The notes under the pieces were generated by a model. The model saw nothing but the letters and a program-made list of their open reading frames with translations, was not told the DNA's origin and did no database searches. A program made the translations under genes and the position numbers. A stretch of 55,778 bases of DNA. Origin: an uncultured virus (IMG/VR IMGVR_UViG_3300032007_000042). Lineage: Duplodnaviria > Heunggongvirae > Uroviricota > Caudoviricetes > Crassvirales. Shown here one piece after another: positions 1-8,390 of the stretch. Position 1 is the stretch's first letter, and each line of letters opens with the position of its first letter. The stretch lies in the IMG/VR virus record IMGVR_UViG_3300032007_000042. One strand, written 5' to 3'.

Positions 1-677
1 TGAAGAATAGTAGCAGCCTTTTTATCATTACTGTTACTATTCTCATAGAAATCTTTATTTAGTATAATGGTGTTATGACCAAAAGCACCCATATTGCCAT
101 CTTTAAGGTCATTGCTAAATACTACCTTAATACCTATAGTATCAGCTAACTTGAATATCTTATCAGCAAGAGGTAAAGAAGTTCTGTCAGCATTGAACTT
201 ATTAAATAGCTCTTTTGCCTTATTAACACTATACTCCTTGTTATCTTCTGTACCAATGCTTTCTTTTCTTGCCTCTAAATATCCTTTCTTCTGTATATCT
301 TCAAGAGCCTTACCTAACTTAACTACAGGCTTCTTGATGAGCAGAGAATATTTACCATCAGCATTTTTATAATATACTATGGCCTCAGCTGGGAAATACT
401 TAGAAGCTTCTGTCATAGCTTTCTGAAGGTCATCAAAAGTATTATAAGTACTAACACCACTATACTCCTTTTGCCAAAGCTCTCTTGCTACTATTACTGG
501 CTCTTCATAAGGGATAGCACCTAACTGAGCTTGAATATAACTATCAGAAGGAAAAAGCTCTTCTGAGCCAGTCTCTTTCCAATACTTATGAACAATCAAC
601 TCAAGAGTATTATCACTAACATTATGCTTAGCTGCTAGTGATTTAAATTCTTTACTACTTTTATTAACACAATTCAT
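1..677 (-). CDS. N-terminal part of a large crAss-type protein, probably zincin-domain virion/RNAP-associated (runs off window)
   Basis: Not in the ORF track. Open frame from ATG at 677 (MNCVNKSSKEFKSLA...) to the edge, ending ...KAATIL plus a truncated CA- codon, compatible with an HExxH start; TATCTTTG upstream. Confidence 0.65.
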   Translation of the reverse strand, partial: MNCVNKSSKEFKSLAAKHNVSDNTLELIVHKYWKETGSEELFPSDSYIQAQLGAIPYEEPVIVARELWQKEYSGVSTYNTFDDLQKAMTEASKYFPAEAIVYYKNADGKYSLLIKKPVVKLGKALEDIQKKGYLEARKESIGTEDNKEYSVNKAKELFNKFNADRTSLPLADKIFKLADTIGIKVVFSNDLKDGNMGAFGHNTIILNKDFYENSNSNDKKAATIL

Positions 678-702
678 ATTAACGTTATTATGATTTATGA
701 GG

Positions 703-710
703 CAAAGATA
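703..710 (-). promoter_or_regulatory. Bacteroidetes sigma-A -7 element (TATCTTTG)
   Basis: Matches TAnnTTTG about 25 nt upstream of ATG 677. Confidence 0.65.
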
Positions 711-863
711 CTATATAATCTGATTACTTATGAATACCTAAATAAAACCTTTAGGAATGATAAATTGCTTTAACTTATGTCTTTATATGCTTTATTAGGC
801 ATAAAAATAGCTTCTATAGCAGGTATAGAGACTATAAAAGCTTATAAGATAAGAAGACTGTAA

Positions 864-1361
864 TTATCTACTGGCTTCAATGATATAGTTATTATACTCC
901 TCTTGAGGAATCTTATCTATAGCCTTCAAGAGACTCTCAACAAAGTTGACGAGATTATCATAGTTTCCCCAGCCATTCTCAGGATTAAAATTCTCATAGT
1001 ATTTTCTATGTTCTTTAAGGTCTTCAAGGCATATAGAGAGAGCCTTAACATAGGAAGGAGTAAGTTTTCCACTTATTGTCAGCAATGTTGTTTCTTCAGG
1101 TCTCCAGAGAATACTATGTAGAGATGTTTTATCTGGGCAATAACAATAACAATGGTCTGCCATTGTTCCTAAGTTATGAGTAATGTTATCATGCCAATAT
1201 ATATTATCTTCTGGAGTTATCTCTTCTATATTAGCATCTGGATAGAGTTTATTAGCTTCTTCTAAAGAAAGCTCTTTTGTTTGACCATTCTCTCTTATAT
1301 AGATACCTGTGCCTTTATGTTTTACAGGTTTCTTGCTAATGATATATAAATCTAAACTCAT
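864..1361 (-). CDS. conserved phage hypothetical protein
   Basis: 165 aa; MSLDLY, ITHNL and NPENGWGNYD motifs; coupled to neighbour. Confidence 0.8.
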   Translation of the reverse strand: MSLDLYIISKKPVKHKGTGIYIRENGQTKELSLEEANKLYPDANIEEITPEDNIYWHDNITHNLGTMADHCYCYCPDKTSLHSILWRPEETTLLTISGKLTPSYVKALSICLEDLKEHRKYYENFNPENGWGNYDNLVNFVESLLKAIDKIPQEEYNNYIIEASR

Positions 1362-1795
1362 ACTACTTTTATTAAATCAAGTTCTACAATACTATGAAAG
1401 TCACTGTAAGCTTTATCTCTTGCCTCAGCTTCACTATAAGCCATTTCCCATATAGTCTCACCATCCTCAGGGTCACTCTTGGTGTACATTCTGAAGTAAT
1501 ATTTATGAGCTATAGGATAGTTATTCTTTACCTGCTTCTTCTGTACTTTCTTAATAGTATCATCAGAAGGAGAGAAAGTAGGCTGGAGCTCTGTAAATAT
1601 CTTTAGCTTACCTCCTTTAGTGAGGAATACTCTACTGAGATATGCCTTTAATTTCTTTCCTGTAATATCATAGTCAAAGCTATGATGATAGGGTAGGACT
1701 ATCTCATTATCATGGTCAGAATCATTACTTATTATTCTGACTATAGCCTTTCTGCAATCAGTAGAGAGACTATTCCAATACTTTAATGTAATCAT
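1358..1795 (-). CDS. hypothetical protein
   Basis: 145 aa ORF, ATGA overlap. Confidence 0.75.
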   Translation of the reverse strand: MITLKYWNSLSTDCRKAIVRIISNDSDHDNEIVLPYHHSFDYDITGKKLKAYLSRVFLTKGGKLKIFTELQPTFSPSDDTIKKVQKKQVKNNYPIAHKYYFRMYTKSDPEDGETIWEMAYSEAEARDKAYSDFHSIVELDLIKVV

Positions 1796-1889
1796 AGTTA
1801 TTCCATTAATTTATTCCAAAGATAATAGCAGATTGCAAGAAGGATGTAACCTGCTATTACTCTAATAATGAATATTAATATTGACATAC

Positions 1890-2285
1890 TTAATGATTTA
1901 GTAGTTTTTTAATCTTATCTCTCACTAACTCAGCTTCTTTGCGCGTTTTAAAAATGTTACCAAATTGATAACTTAATTCATCATCATATGTACCATACCA
2001 TTTATCACTCATTACTCTTCCTAACCAACTCACAGAATAGTAAAGTTCATTATACTTTGGCTTCCATCTTGGTAACTTAACTTCCTTGTAAAACTCCTTG
2101 ATGTAAGGGAGTAGAGTAGGAGTAGAAATAGCTATATATCCATTAGGATTTATGAAATAATAAGTATCACTGAGATTTCCTTCAAAACCATTAATATTTT
2201 TACCTCCTAAATCAATTAGAGTTTTGATAACTTCATCACCTCTTTCTGAATCACCCTTAATGTATATTCTTTGATTTTCTTTCAT
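1890..2285 (-). CDS. hypothetical phage protein
   Basis: 131 aa; C-terminal GNxFxTxxEA motif. Confidence 0.8.
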   Translation of the reverse strand: MKENQRIYIKGDSERGDEVIKTLIDLGGKNINGFEGNLSDTYYFINPNGYIAISTPTLLPYIKEFYKEVKLPRWKPKYNELYYSVSWLGRVMSDKWYGTYDDELSYQFGNIFKTRKEAELVRDKIKKLLNH

Positions 2286-2304
2286 AGTTATTATTTTTTT
2301 AGTA

Positions 2305-2415
2305 TTAATACTGACATACTGATTTATTTAGTATCTCTTGAATTTTATTTCTTGCTTTAATAGCTTCTTCTTGTGTTATGAAACAATTGTTAAATTCATA
2401 ACATCTAACATTGTC
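2305..2415 (-). pseudogene. 3' remnant of a paralogue of 1890..2285
   Basis: DNVRCYEFNNCFITQEEAIKARNKIQEILNK aligns with LSYQFGNIFKTRKEAELVRDKIKKLLNH; no start codon; similar downstream flank (2303-2320 vs 1873-1890). Confidence 0.7.
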
Positions 2416-3058
2416 AAAAATTATTGAAAATTGTGTTTACCATATTTGCTTTAAACCATGGCATTTTTTCGGGTGTGAAAAAGTTTTGATATTTTTCTGT
2501 AATATTTCTACGTATGAAATCAGTTATATAAACATAATTATCTGTTGGTTCTTTTCTTGCTTCGTCTAATACGTTGTCAATAATATTACCAAACCAATGA
2601 TAATTAGCAAAATAAACATCTCCATAATTTGCAACTATCCTATAATTAAAGTCTTTCAAGCCAGCGATATTTGTAAAAAGAATTAATGTTGAATGTATTT
2701 TTGCTAGACAATCAACTAGGAATTTCATAGTTTCTTTAATTGGAGTGTAAAAAATTCCATAAATGCAATTACCTATAGCAAATACATCAATACAATTAAT
2801 ATCTTCACTCATAGCTTTTCCTACTTCAGAAGTAACAGTTTCATAAATGAACATATTATCCGAAATATTTTCTTCAGAATTAAGTTTAAGATAAACACAT
2901 GCAACAGATGCTTTAAAACATGCTTTACCTTCATTTATCAAAAAATCTACACTTGGCAGATTCTTTAGTAAATTAAAATCTTTTTTCTTTGATGATACTC
3001 TTGATCTAATATTAAAAACTGCATCATCAATAGTATAAGGGAAATGTTCTTTTATCAT
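2414..3058 (-). CDS. class III nucleotidyl cyclase-like (PycC-like) protein, catalytic Asp residues absent
   Basis: Pattern VACVYLKL (usually FxD), IYxxxxSE, IGNCIYGIFYTP (usually GD), HWFG and C-terminal ANMVNTIFN. Confidence 0.55.
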   Translation of the reverse strand: MIKEHFPYTIDDAVFNIRSRVSSKKKDFNLLKNLPSVDFLINEGKACFKASVACVYLKLNSEENISDNMFIYETVTSEVGKAMSEDINCIDVFAIGNCIYGIFYTPIKETMKFLVDCLAKIHSTLILFTNIAGLKDFNYRIVANYGDVYFANYHWFGNIIDNVLDEARKEPTDNYVYITDFIRRNITEKYQNFFTPEKMPWFKANMVNTIFNNF

Positions 3059-3063
3059 ACTAA

Positions 3064-4014
3064 CTATTCATTATCTATATTTTCTAATTTATTATTAAAT
3101 AGTTCTTTAATCTTATCAGCAATTATCTTCATATTAGGATGAACTTTTCCACTAACATTATCTGCTCTTAATTTAATAAAGTGTTTCCAATCATCATCAA
3201 ATGCTGTGTAAATAGCTTGACTTTTAGTATTAAGATTGAGTACTTGTCTTGCTATATCATTAGGAACTTTATTTTCTTTAAGACCAAGATAAGCAAATTC
3301 AGCAGCTAATAAACCGAATGCATAATAATGTTTAGCATCCCATGTAGATTTATAGCAATTATTAGCTATATCTTCACATAGTTTATGAAAATAAGATTTG
3401 TCATCAGATACACATTCTAAGAAAGGACTATTACTAGTATATGTAATTTCATTTCCAAACTTATCAGCACTATAAGTGCAATATCTAGTACTTTGTTCAG
3501 CGATACTATTTACTCTATGTCTATTTAACTCACGAGTAACACCAATGTCAGTAATAACTGAAAAAGTAGTACGTCTAGCATGATAAGTAGGAGCACATAT
3601 AAATTGCAAATCATCTTGTAGATTATTTTCAAGAATCACTCGCATATTTGTAGTTATATGAGTACTATAGTCACCACCAAATTTATGAGTGAATATTACT
3701 CTTGAATATTCATTACTTATATAGTTATTAATATGTTTAGACAAATAAGTTGGTATATCAAGATATATAGTACCATGTTCAAGCATTGCACCATGCATCT
3801 TATCAAAATCAAATTTACAATGCTCTAAATCATTTAAGTTACCTTCAATAAGAGCAGGTTTAAGTATTATCCTTTTAACAAAGTCTTCTCCACTTTCTCC
3901 TTCTCTAGGCTTAGATTGATAACAAACTCTTGTAGCTCTTGCTATTTGATTCCAAACTCCCTCCATACCAGCTTCTTGAGACCAGTACTCTATTGATGGT
4001 TCTATTATTTTCAT
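3064..4014 (-). CDS. thyX: flavin-dependent thymidylate synthase
   Basis: HGAMLEH, RHRVNSIAEQSTRY and ARQVL motifs. Confidence 0.92.
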   Translation of the reverse strand: MKIIEPSIEYWSQEAGMEGVWNQIARATRVCYQSKPREGESGEDFVKRIILKPALIEGNLNDLEHCKFDFDKMHGAMLEHGTIYLDIPTYLSKHINNYISNEYSRVIFTHKFGGDYSTHITTNMRVILENNLQDDLQFICAPTYHARRTTFSVITDIGVTRELNRHRVNSIAEQSTRYCTYSADKFGNEITYTSNSPFLECVSDDKSYFHKLCEDIANNCYKSTWDAKHYYAFGLLAAEFAYLGLKENKVPNDIARQVLNLNTKSQAIYTAFDDDWKHFIKLRADNVSGKVHPNMKIIADKIKELFNNKLENIDNE

Positions 4015-4041
4015 AATTTATATAACTTTAATAGTATGGTA

Positions 4042-4497
4042 TTACTTAAATCCCCATTCTTTCATATAATCAAAATATATTGAATCTTTTGGAAAGTAAT
4101 CTTCAAGTTCTTTGGGAGATAAGATTAAAAATCTTGGAGCTATAATTACTTTACTATAAGGAGAAACTTGCTTTTCAAAAAATTCTTCTTTCTTTATATT
4201 TTTTATCTCAAAGTATTTTTGAAAACCATAGCCTTGTACTGAAGGACCTAAGTATCCAAATTTCTTTATACAGTAATTAGTTATTACATCAAGATGATAA
4301 AATTCACTATAAACTGCTACAAACATTAGTCTTTGAAAGTAGCCTGTTTCTGTTAATTCTGGCTGATAGTAAACCTTAAAGTATTCTATATTCTCCTCTA
4401 TTTCTTTCCTTTCTAACTCATATTTTTCACATTCTTCTTTGTTTTTGAATATTTCACCATCAAATGCTTTAAAAACTGTTGCTGTTATTACTTCCAT
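4042..4497 (-). CDS. hypothetical protein
   Basis: 151 aa; N-terminal AFDGxxFxxxxECxxYE motif. Confidence 0.8.
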   Translation of the reverse strand: MEVITATVFKAFDGEIFKNKEECEKYELERKEIEENIEYFKVYYQPELTETGYFQRLMFVAVYSEFYHLDVITNYCIKKFGYLGPSVQGYGFQKYFEIKNIKKEEFFEKQVSPYSKVIIAPRFLILSPKELEDYFPKDSIYFDYMKEWGFK

Positions 4498-4563
4498 AAT
4501 TTATAAATTTACATAGCTATAGATACTATAATATTAATATAATACCTATAGCTATTTATTTAA

Positions 4564-4929
4564 TTAAACTTGTTCTGCATTTTCTTCATCTGTATTCCAT
4601 CCTGTGCAGCTGTCTATCATCTTTTTAAGACCATACTTAGATTTGACTTTATAGTCTTTATTACTAAGCATATATTCAGCACATTGTTTAGCAAACTCTA
4701 TTATTTTACTAGGAGTATATTCAGATTCAGTATAGTCATCCCAAGGGCACTCAAGTTTATCATCAAGAGGATCATAGTCTGTAGAAGTAATATCTACATC
4801 TTTACTTAGGCTACATGATACTGTTATACCAAATAACTTCTCTGGTAAGTCTTTTTGGTTCCACGGAGCATCGGGATTATTAGTAGCCCCCGGAGGATAA
4901 TTACCCATAAAATCATCTCTACAGCTCAT
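4564..4929 (-). CDS. hypothetical phage protein (NYPPG/APWN motif)
   Basis: 121 aa; NYPPG...PDAPWN. Confidence 0.8.
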   Translation of the reverse strand: MSCRDDFMGNYPPGATNNPDAPWNQKDLPEKLFGITVSCSLSKDVDITSTDYDPLDDKLECPWDDYTESEYTPSKIIEFAKQCAEYMLSNKDYKVKSKYGLKKMIDSCTGWNTDEENAEQV

Positions 4930-5152
4930 TTTTAATCCGAATTTTATTCATTTTCTTTAATATTTTAGTATCTGTAATAAGGTTATTCTCCTTAATAAGT
5001 CTCCTAGCTATAATACACTCCAAGTGATTTGGAATACTAATATGGTCTCCATTATCATTTATAAAAATATCATGGTCTCCATTACTTCTATTGTAGTAGT
5101 AACCATTAAGTTTGACAATCTTTATAAATTCTCTTGAAGTGAATTGTTTCAT
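4919..5152 (-). CDS. HicA-like mRNA interferase
   Basis: SREFIKIVKLNGY..RSNGDHDIF...ISIPNH is the HicA pattern with catalytic His. Confidence 0.75.
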   Translation of the reverse strand: MKQFTSREFIKIVKLNGYYYNRSNGDHDIFINDNGDHISIPNHLECIIARRLIKENNLITDTKILKKMNKIRIKNEL

Positions 5153-5310
5153 TATTCTTCTTTCTTTATTTCATGTTTTTTAATCATGTCCTCAGGGACA
5201 AACCATGCACTTTCCTTTGGGTCAAAGTAAACTCTATCTTCATAATCTTTATCTTCCATGAAGGCCTGTATGTCAGGCCATTCTACTTTTTCATACATTT
5301 CCTTTTCCAT
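5152..5310 (-). CDS. small acidic protein (52 aa)
   Basis: MEKEMYEKVEWPDIQAFMED...; TAATG overlap with hicA; TAACTTTG at 5325-5332. Confidence 0.65.
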   Translation of the reverse strand: MEKEMYEKVEWPDIQAFMEDKDYEDRVYFDPKESAWFVPEDMIKKHEIKKEE

Positions 5311-5420
5311 AATAATTTATTTTACAAAGTTAATAAAAAATCTCAGTACTTGGGTCAAAAAGAGAAAGAAATAGGTATGATTTAACACATAAGCCTAATT
5401 CTTTCTCTTATAGACCATAG

Positions 5421-5783
5421 TTACTTTATAAATTCATTGAACAGTTTACTAAATACTGTATGCTCCATATAGCATATAGGGCTTTTAATATCAGGAAGGG
5501 CATCTTTTTTAATACATACATATCTTCCTGTCCTTTTAGGATTATTCTCATCAGAGTTATCCTCTACTTCAAGAATAAATTTACCCTTTTCTAATGCCTT
5601 TTTACAATCATCACATAATTCATTAGGGTTACTAATGTCATGTGGTGCTTCAGCATCATCTTTCAGTTTCCCAAGTAAAGCTAAACCTGTTTCTTTACCA
5701 CAGATAAAACAATGAAGTACAGAAGGATTTACTCCATGCTTAGGACTCAGTTTAATTGAGTCTTTAGTCTTTCTTTTAGCCAT
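5421..5783 (-). CDS. zinc-finger hypothetical protein
   Basis: CFICG and CDDC pairs. Confidence 0.75.
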   Translation of the reverse strand: MAKRKTKDSIKLSPKHGVNPSVLHCFICGKETGLALLGKLKDDAEAPHDISNPNELCDDCKKALEKGKFILEVEDNSDENNPKRTGRYVCIKKDALPDIKSPICYMEHTVFSKLFNEFIK

Positions 5784-5805
5784 AGTTATAAATGTTGATT
5801 GGTTA

Positions 5806-6054
5806 TTAATATGTAAATAATGCTCCTTTCTTTATAGCCTCACCTATAGGAAAGGAATCCATTAGCTTATCATGCGAAATAGTTTCCCCAGTATCATCTA
5901 TTTCATTAATGATATAGTAAAAATCATCCTCTATAAGAGTAATACTCTTAGGTGACATTCCACCACCATTAAGCATAACAAAGCATTCAAGTATCCCATT
6001 TTCTGAGCTATGAATAAGCTCATCCAGTTGTTCTTGTGATAATATCTTCATCAT
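5806..6054 (-). CDS. hypothetical protein
   Basis: 82 aa ORF in operon. Confidence 0.7.
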   Translation of the reverse strand: MMKILSQEQLDELIHSSENGILECFVMLNGGGMSPKSITLIEDDFYYIINEIDDTGETISHDKLMDSFPIGEAIKKGALFTY

Positions 6055-6296
6055 TTTACCTCTTCATAAGTATCTTCAAAAATATCTCCTCTACAAGGAT
6101 AATACTCACCTTTAACCCCTTTAATGACATAACTACCTATGTCAGCAGCCATAGCACCTTCAAGAGTAGGAATAACAAGAGTAATATTCTTCATCATTGC
6201 CCTGCCTTCCGTAAATGCTTTTATCTCCTGTAAGTTAGTCCCATCCCACTTTACAGCAGATACTACTACTGGTTTCTTCTTATACTGTTTAATCAT
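6051..6296 (-). CDS. small conserved phage protein, possible cyclic-nucleotide sponge (Acb4-like)
   Basis: YKKKPVVVSAV, TLEG and IKGVKGEYYPC..DIFEDTYE motifs; Acb4 link is from recall. Confidence 0.5.
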   Translation of the reverse strand: MIKQYKKKPVVVSAVKWDGTNLQEIKAFTEGRAMMKNITLVIPTLEGAMAADIGSYVIKGVKGEYYPCRGDIFEDTYEEVK

Positions 6297-6301
6297 AGTC
6301 T

Positions 6302-6940
6302 TTAATATTCATTAGTACAATAGTCAAGAAAATAAAGATTCACTTTGTCATCAATCATTTCTTTAAGAGATACCTTATTATCAAAGAAAGTCAAGCTTCC
6401 ATTGATTTTCATGGCCTCCTTTCTTAGGTTGGCTTTATAGAAATTAGATGTGGTAATAAAGCCATGGAGTTCATGTGCAGGTTTTTCCCAAGTATTAACA
6501 AGAGCAAACTTATAGCCCATATTGAATAGCAGCTCATTATTATTGCATACCTCTCCCATCCAAATCTTGTTACTCTTTATATCTACTCTCCAAAGATTTG
6601 GAAATTTATCACATAGCCCTTCTGTTTCATTAATAAATATCAGCTCATCTGTATAATTACCTTTTTCAAGGACTATTCTATAAATAGCTTTGGGACAGAA
6701 TCTTGCCATATAAAGGCAGATCTCATAAAGAGTTCCTACACATCTGTTAAAGTTAACCAACCCATGACAAAATCTCCAAAAATAGTGTTTGTCAAGGCAT
6801 ACTCTTATATCAAAGAACCGAACACCAAACTCATACTGTTCCTTAATGCTTCTACACTGAGTTTTCCACCATCTTTCGCCTAACTTAAATATAGGATTAC
6901 ATGGCTCTAAATAAGTAAATGTATCATGACTTCCAATCAT
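6302..6940 (-). CDS. PI-PLC X-domain-like phosphodiesterase
   Basis: IGSHD, TQ...I.EQ...GVRFFDIRV and CHG motifs. Confidence 0.8.
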   Translation of the reverse strand: MIGSHDTFTYLEPCNPIFKLGERWWKTQCRSIKEQYEFGVRFFDIRVCLDKHYFWRFCHGLVNFNRCVGTLYEICLYMARFCPKAIYRIVLEKGNYTDELIFINETEGLCDKFPNLWRVDIKSNKIWMGEVCNNNELLFNMGYKFALVNTWEKPAHELHGFITTSNFYKANLRKEAMKINGSLTFFDNKVSLKEMIDDKVNLYFLDYCTNEY

Positions 6941-6951
6941 AGTCAGTTCTC

Positions 6952-7377
6952 CTATTGTAACATATTGATTTCATCATTAAGATACCATATAGCCTTCTTG
7001 AGGTCTTCTATAGTCTTTTGCTTATCAGTATATCCTTCTTCTTTCTTATGTCCAGAACGAAGAATATACTTGATACTATTACCAAGATTAAAGTCCATGT
7101 GTCTTGTAATATCAATAACCTCAATACCACACAAGTCTTTAAGCCATGTATAATGAGAAGGATGATTTACTTTATCACTAGAAACATCAGAAGTATTAGA
7201 AACATCAGAAGCTTCATAAGGCTCCCAAAACTTTAAAAAATCTACTGTATAACATATAGAACATCTGGACTTGTCACATAATGTTACATAATTATCACCA
7301 ACATATACTACTTTCTTTATTTCTCCTGTAGATGGATGCTGATAGTGTTTTCCTACTATATTTTTAATATCAATCAT
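6952..7377 (-). CDS. DUF3310 (T7 gp1.7-like nucleotide kinase) protein
   Basis: VNHPSHY, FNLGNSIKYILR and EDLKKAIWYL. Confidence 0.85.
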   Translation of the reverse strand: MIDIKNIVGKHYQHPSTGEIKKVVYVGDNYVTLCDKSRCSICYTVDFLKFWEPYEASDVSNTSDVSSDKVNHPSHYTWLKDLCGIEVIDITRHMDFNLGNSIKYILRSGHKKEEGYTDKQKTIEDLKKAIWYLNDEINMLQ

Positions 7378-7832
7378 AATGACTTTAGTAATTCATCTTT
7401 TGTCTTAAACAATTTATTACTTGCAATAGCGGCTGCATTCTCGCCACACCTACTGGTAAAGAGAAGTCCATAGTTTATAGCAATTCCATTACCATTTATT
7501 TGTACATTGCAGTCTATTATTTTACCATTATATACAGTATTATTATATAGGAACCATACCTTATCACCTACTGCAAATGGAAGATTAAGTACTTTATCAT
7601 TCTTTTTATTAGGTAATTCACCTCCTGTAACAAAGAAATCAAGCATAAAAAAAGTAGAAACTATCTTTACTTGGTTCCCTAATTCCTTTGTAGTATCTCT
7701 AAGATATATCTGTTGATGTATGCTGTCTATATATTCTACTTTAAGCACTTGTCCTTTTTTATATCTACTAAAAGGAGTTTCTACAGTAACATTACTACCT
7801 CTTTTAAGATTAAAAAATTCTTCTCCAGTCAT
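7374..7832 (-). CDS. hypothetical protein
   Basis: 152 aa; VGDKVW and LFKTKDELL motifs. Confidence 0.75.
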   Translation of the reverse strand: MTGEEFFNLKRGSNVTVETPFSRYKKGQVLKVEYIDSIHQQIYLRDTTKELGNQVKIVSTFFMLDFFVTGGELPNKKNDKVLNLPFAVGDKVWFLYNNTVYNGKIIDCNVQINGNGIAINYGLLFTSRCGENAAAIASNKLFKTKDELLKSL

Positions 7833-7838
7833 AGTTTT

Positions 7839-8171
7839 TTATAATTTAATATAGTAAATCCATTCAAATGGTTCTCTGTTATTTAAATAAGTCATTACTT
7901 CTTGGTTAAAGTAAGCCTCTCTTTCAAAAGAAAGGCTTCTATAGGCCTTATGCCACTTGAATCCATAATAGATATACTTAATGATGAACTCTATTATATA
8001 CCATAGGAAGAAAGGGATAATTAGCATCTCTTTCTGTTGCTCCCAATGAATGGTCTCATGGTTTATATCTACAGAGCCAAGGGCAAATGGCTCTCTTACA
8101 AAGATAAAAGGCCCCACAGTCATAGCTTTATAGCCTTCTGGTGGAAGGTACTTATTTCTGATAACTTTCAT
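7839..8171 (-). CDS. small zincin-like membrane-associated protein
   Basis: HETIH, hydrophobic segment, FEREAY. Confidence 0.75.
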   Translation of the reverse strand: MKVIRNKYLPPEGYKAMTVGPFIFVREPFALGSVDINHETIHWEQQKEMLIIPFFLWYIIEFIIKYIYYGFKWHKAYRSLSFEREAYFNQEVMTYLNNREPFEWIYYIKL

Positions 8172-8193
8172 TATATTACTATTAGTGATTAAT

Positions 8194-8245
8194 AAAAAAA
8201 GACTACTGCAAAGTTAGCAATGCCTGCTAACTTATGCAATAGTCT
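8194..8245 (-). terminator. intrinsic terminator after polA, with a TAACTTTG element in its stem
   Basis: AGACTACTGCA...TGCAATAGTCT inverted repeat followed by U-tract on minus strand. Confidence 0.6.
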
Positions 8246-8256
8246 AAATACAGCTA

Positions 8257-8334
8257 TTAAATCTGCTCAGCAACTTCTTCATCTACTACCCAGTTATCAC
8301 AGTCTTCAAGGATTTGCTTCCACTTAGAAGTGTT
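8257..8334 (-). pseudogene. 3' remnant similar to C-terminus of 4564..4929
   Basis: KWKQILEDCDNWVVDEEVAEQI* vs KKMIDSCTGWNTDEENAEQV*; no start codon. Confidence 0.5.
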
Positions 8335-8390
8335 TTAACACTAACCTTAATTCCACTCATCTGCTACATATCATAATTAATAATTAGAGT

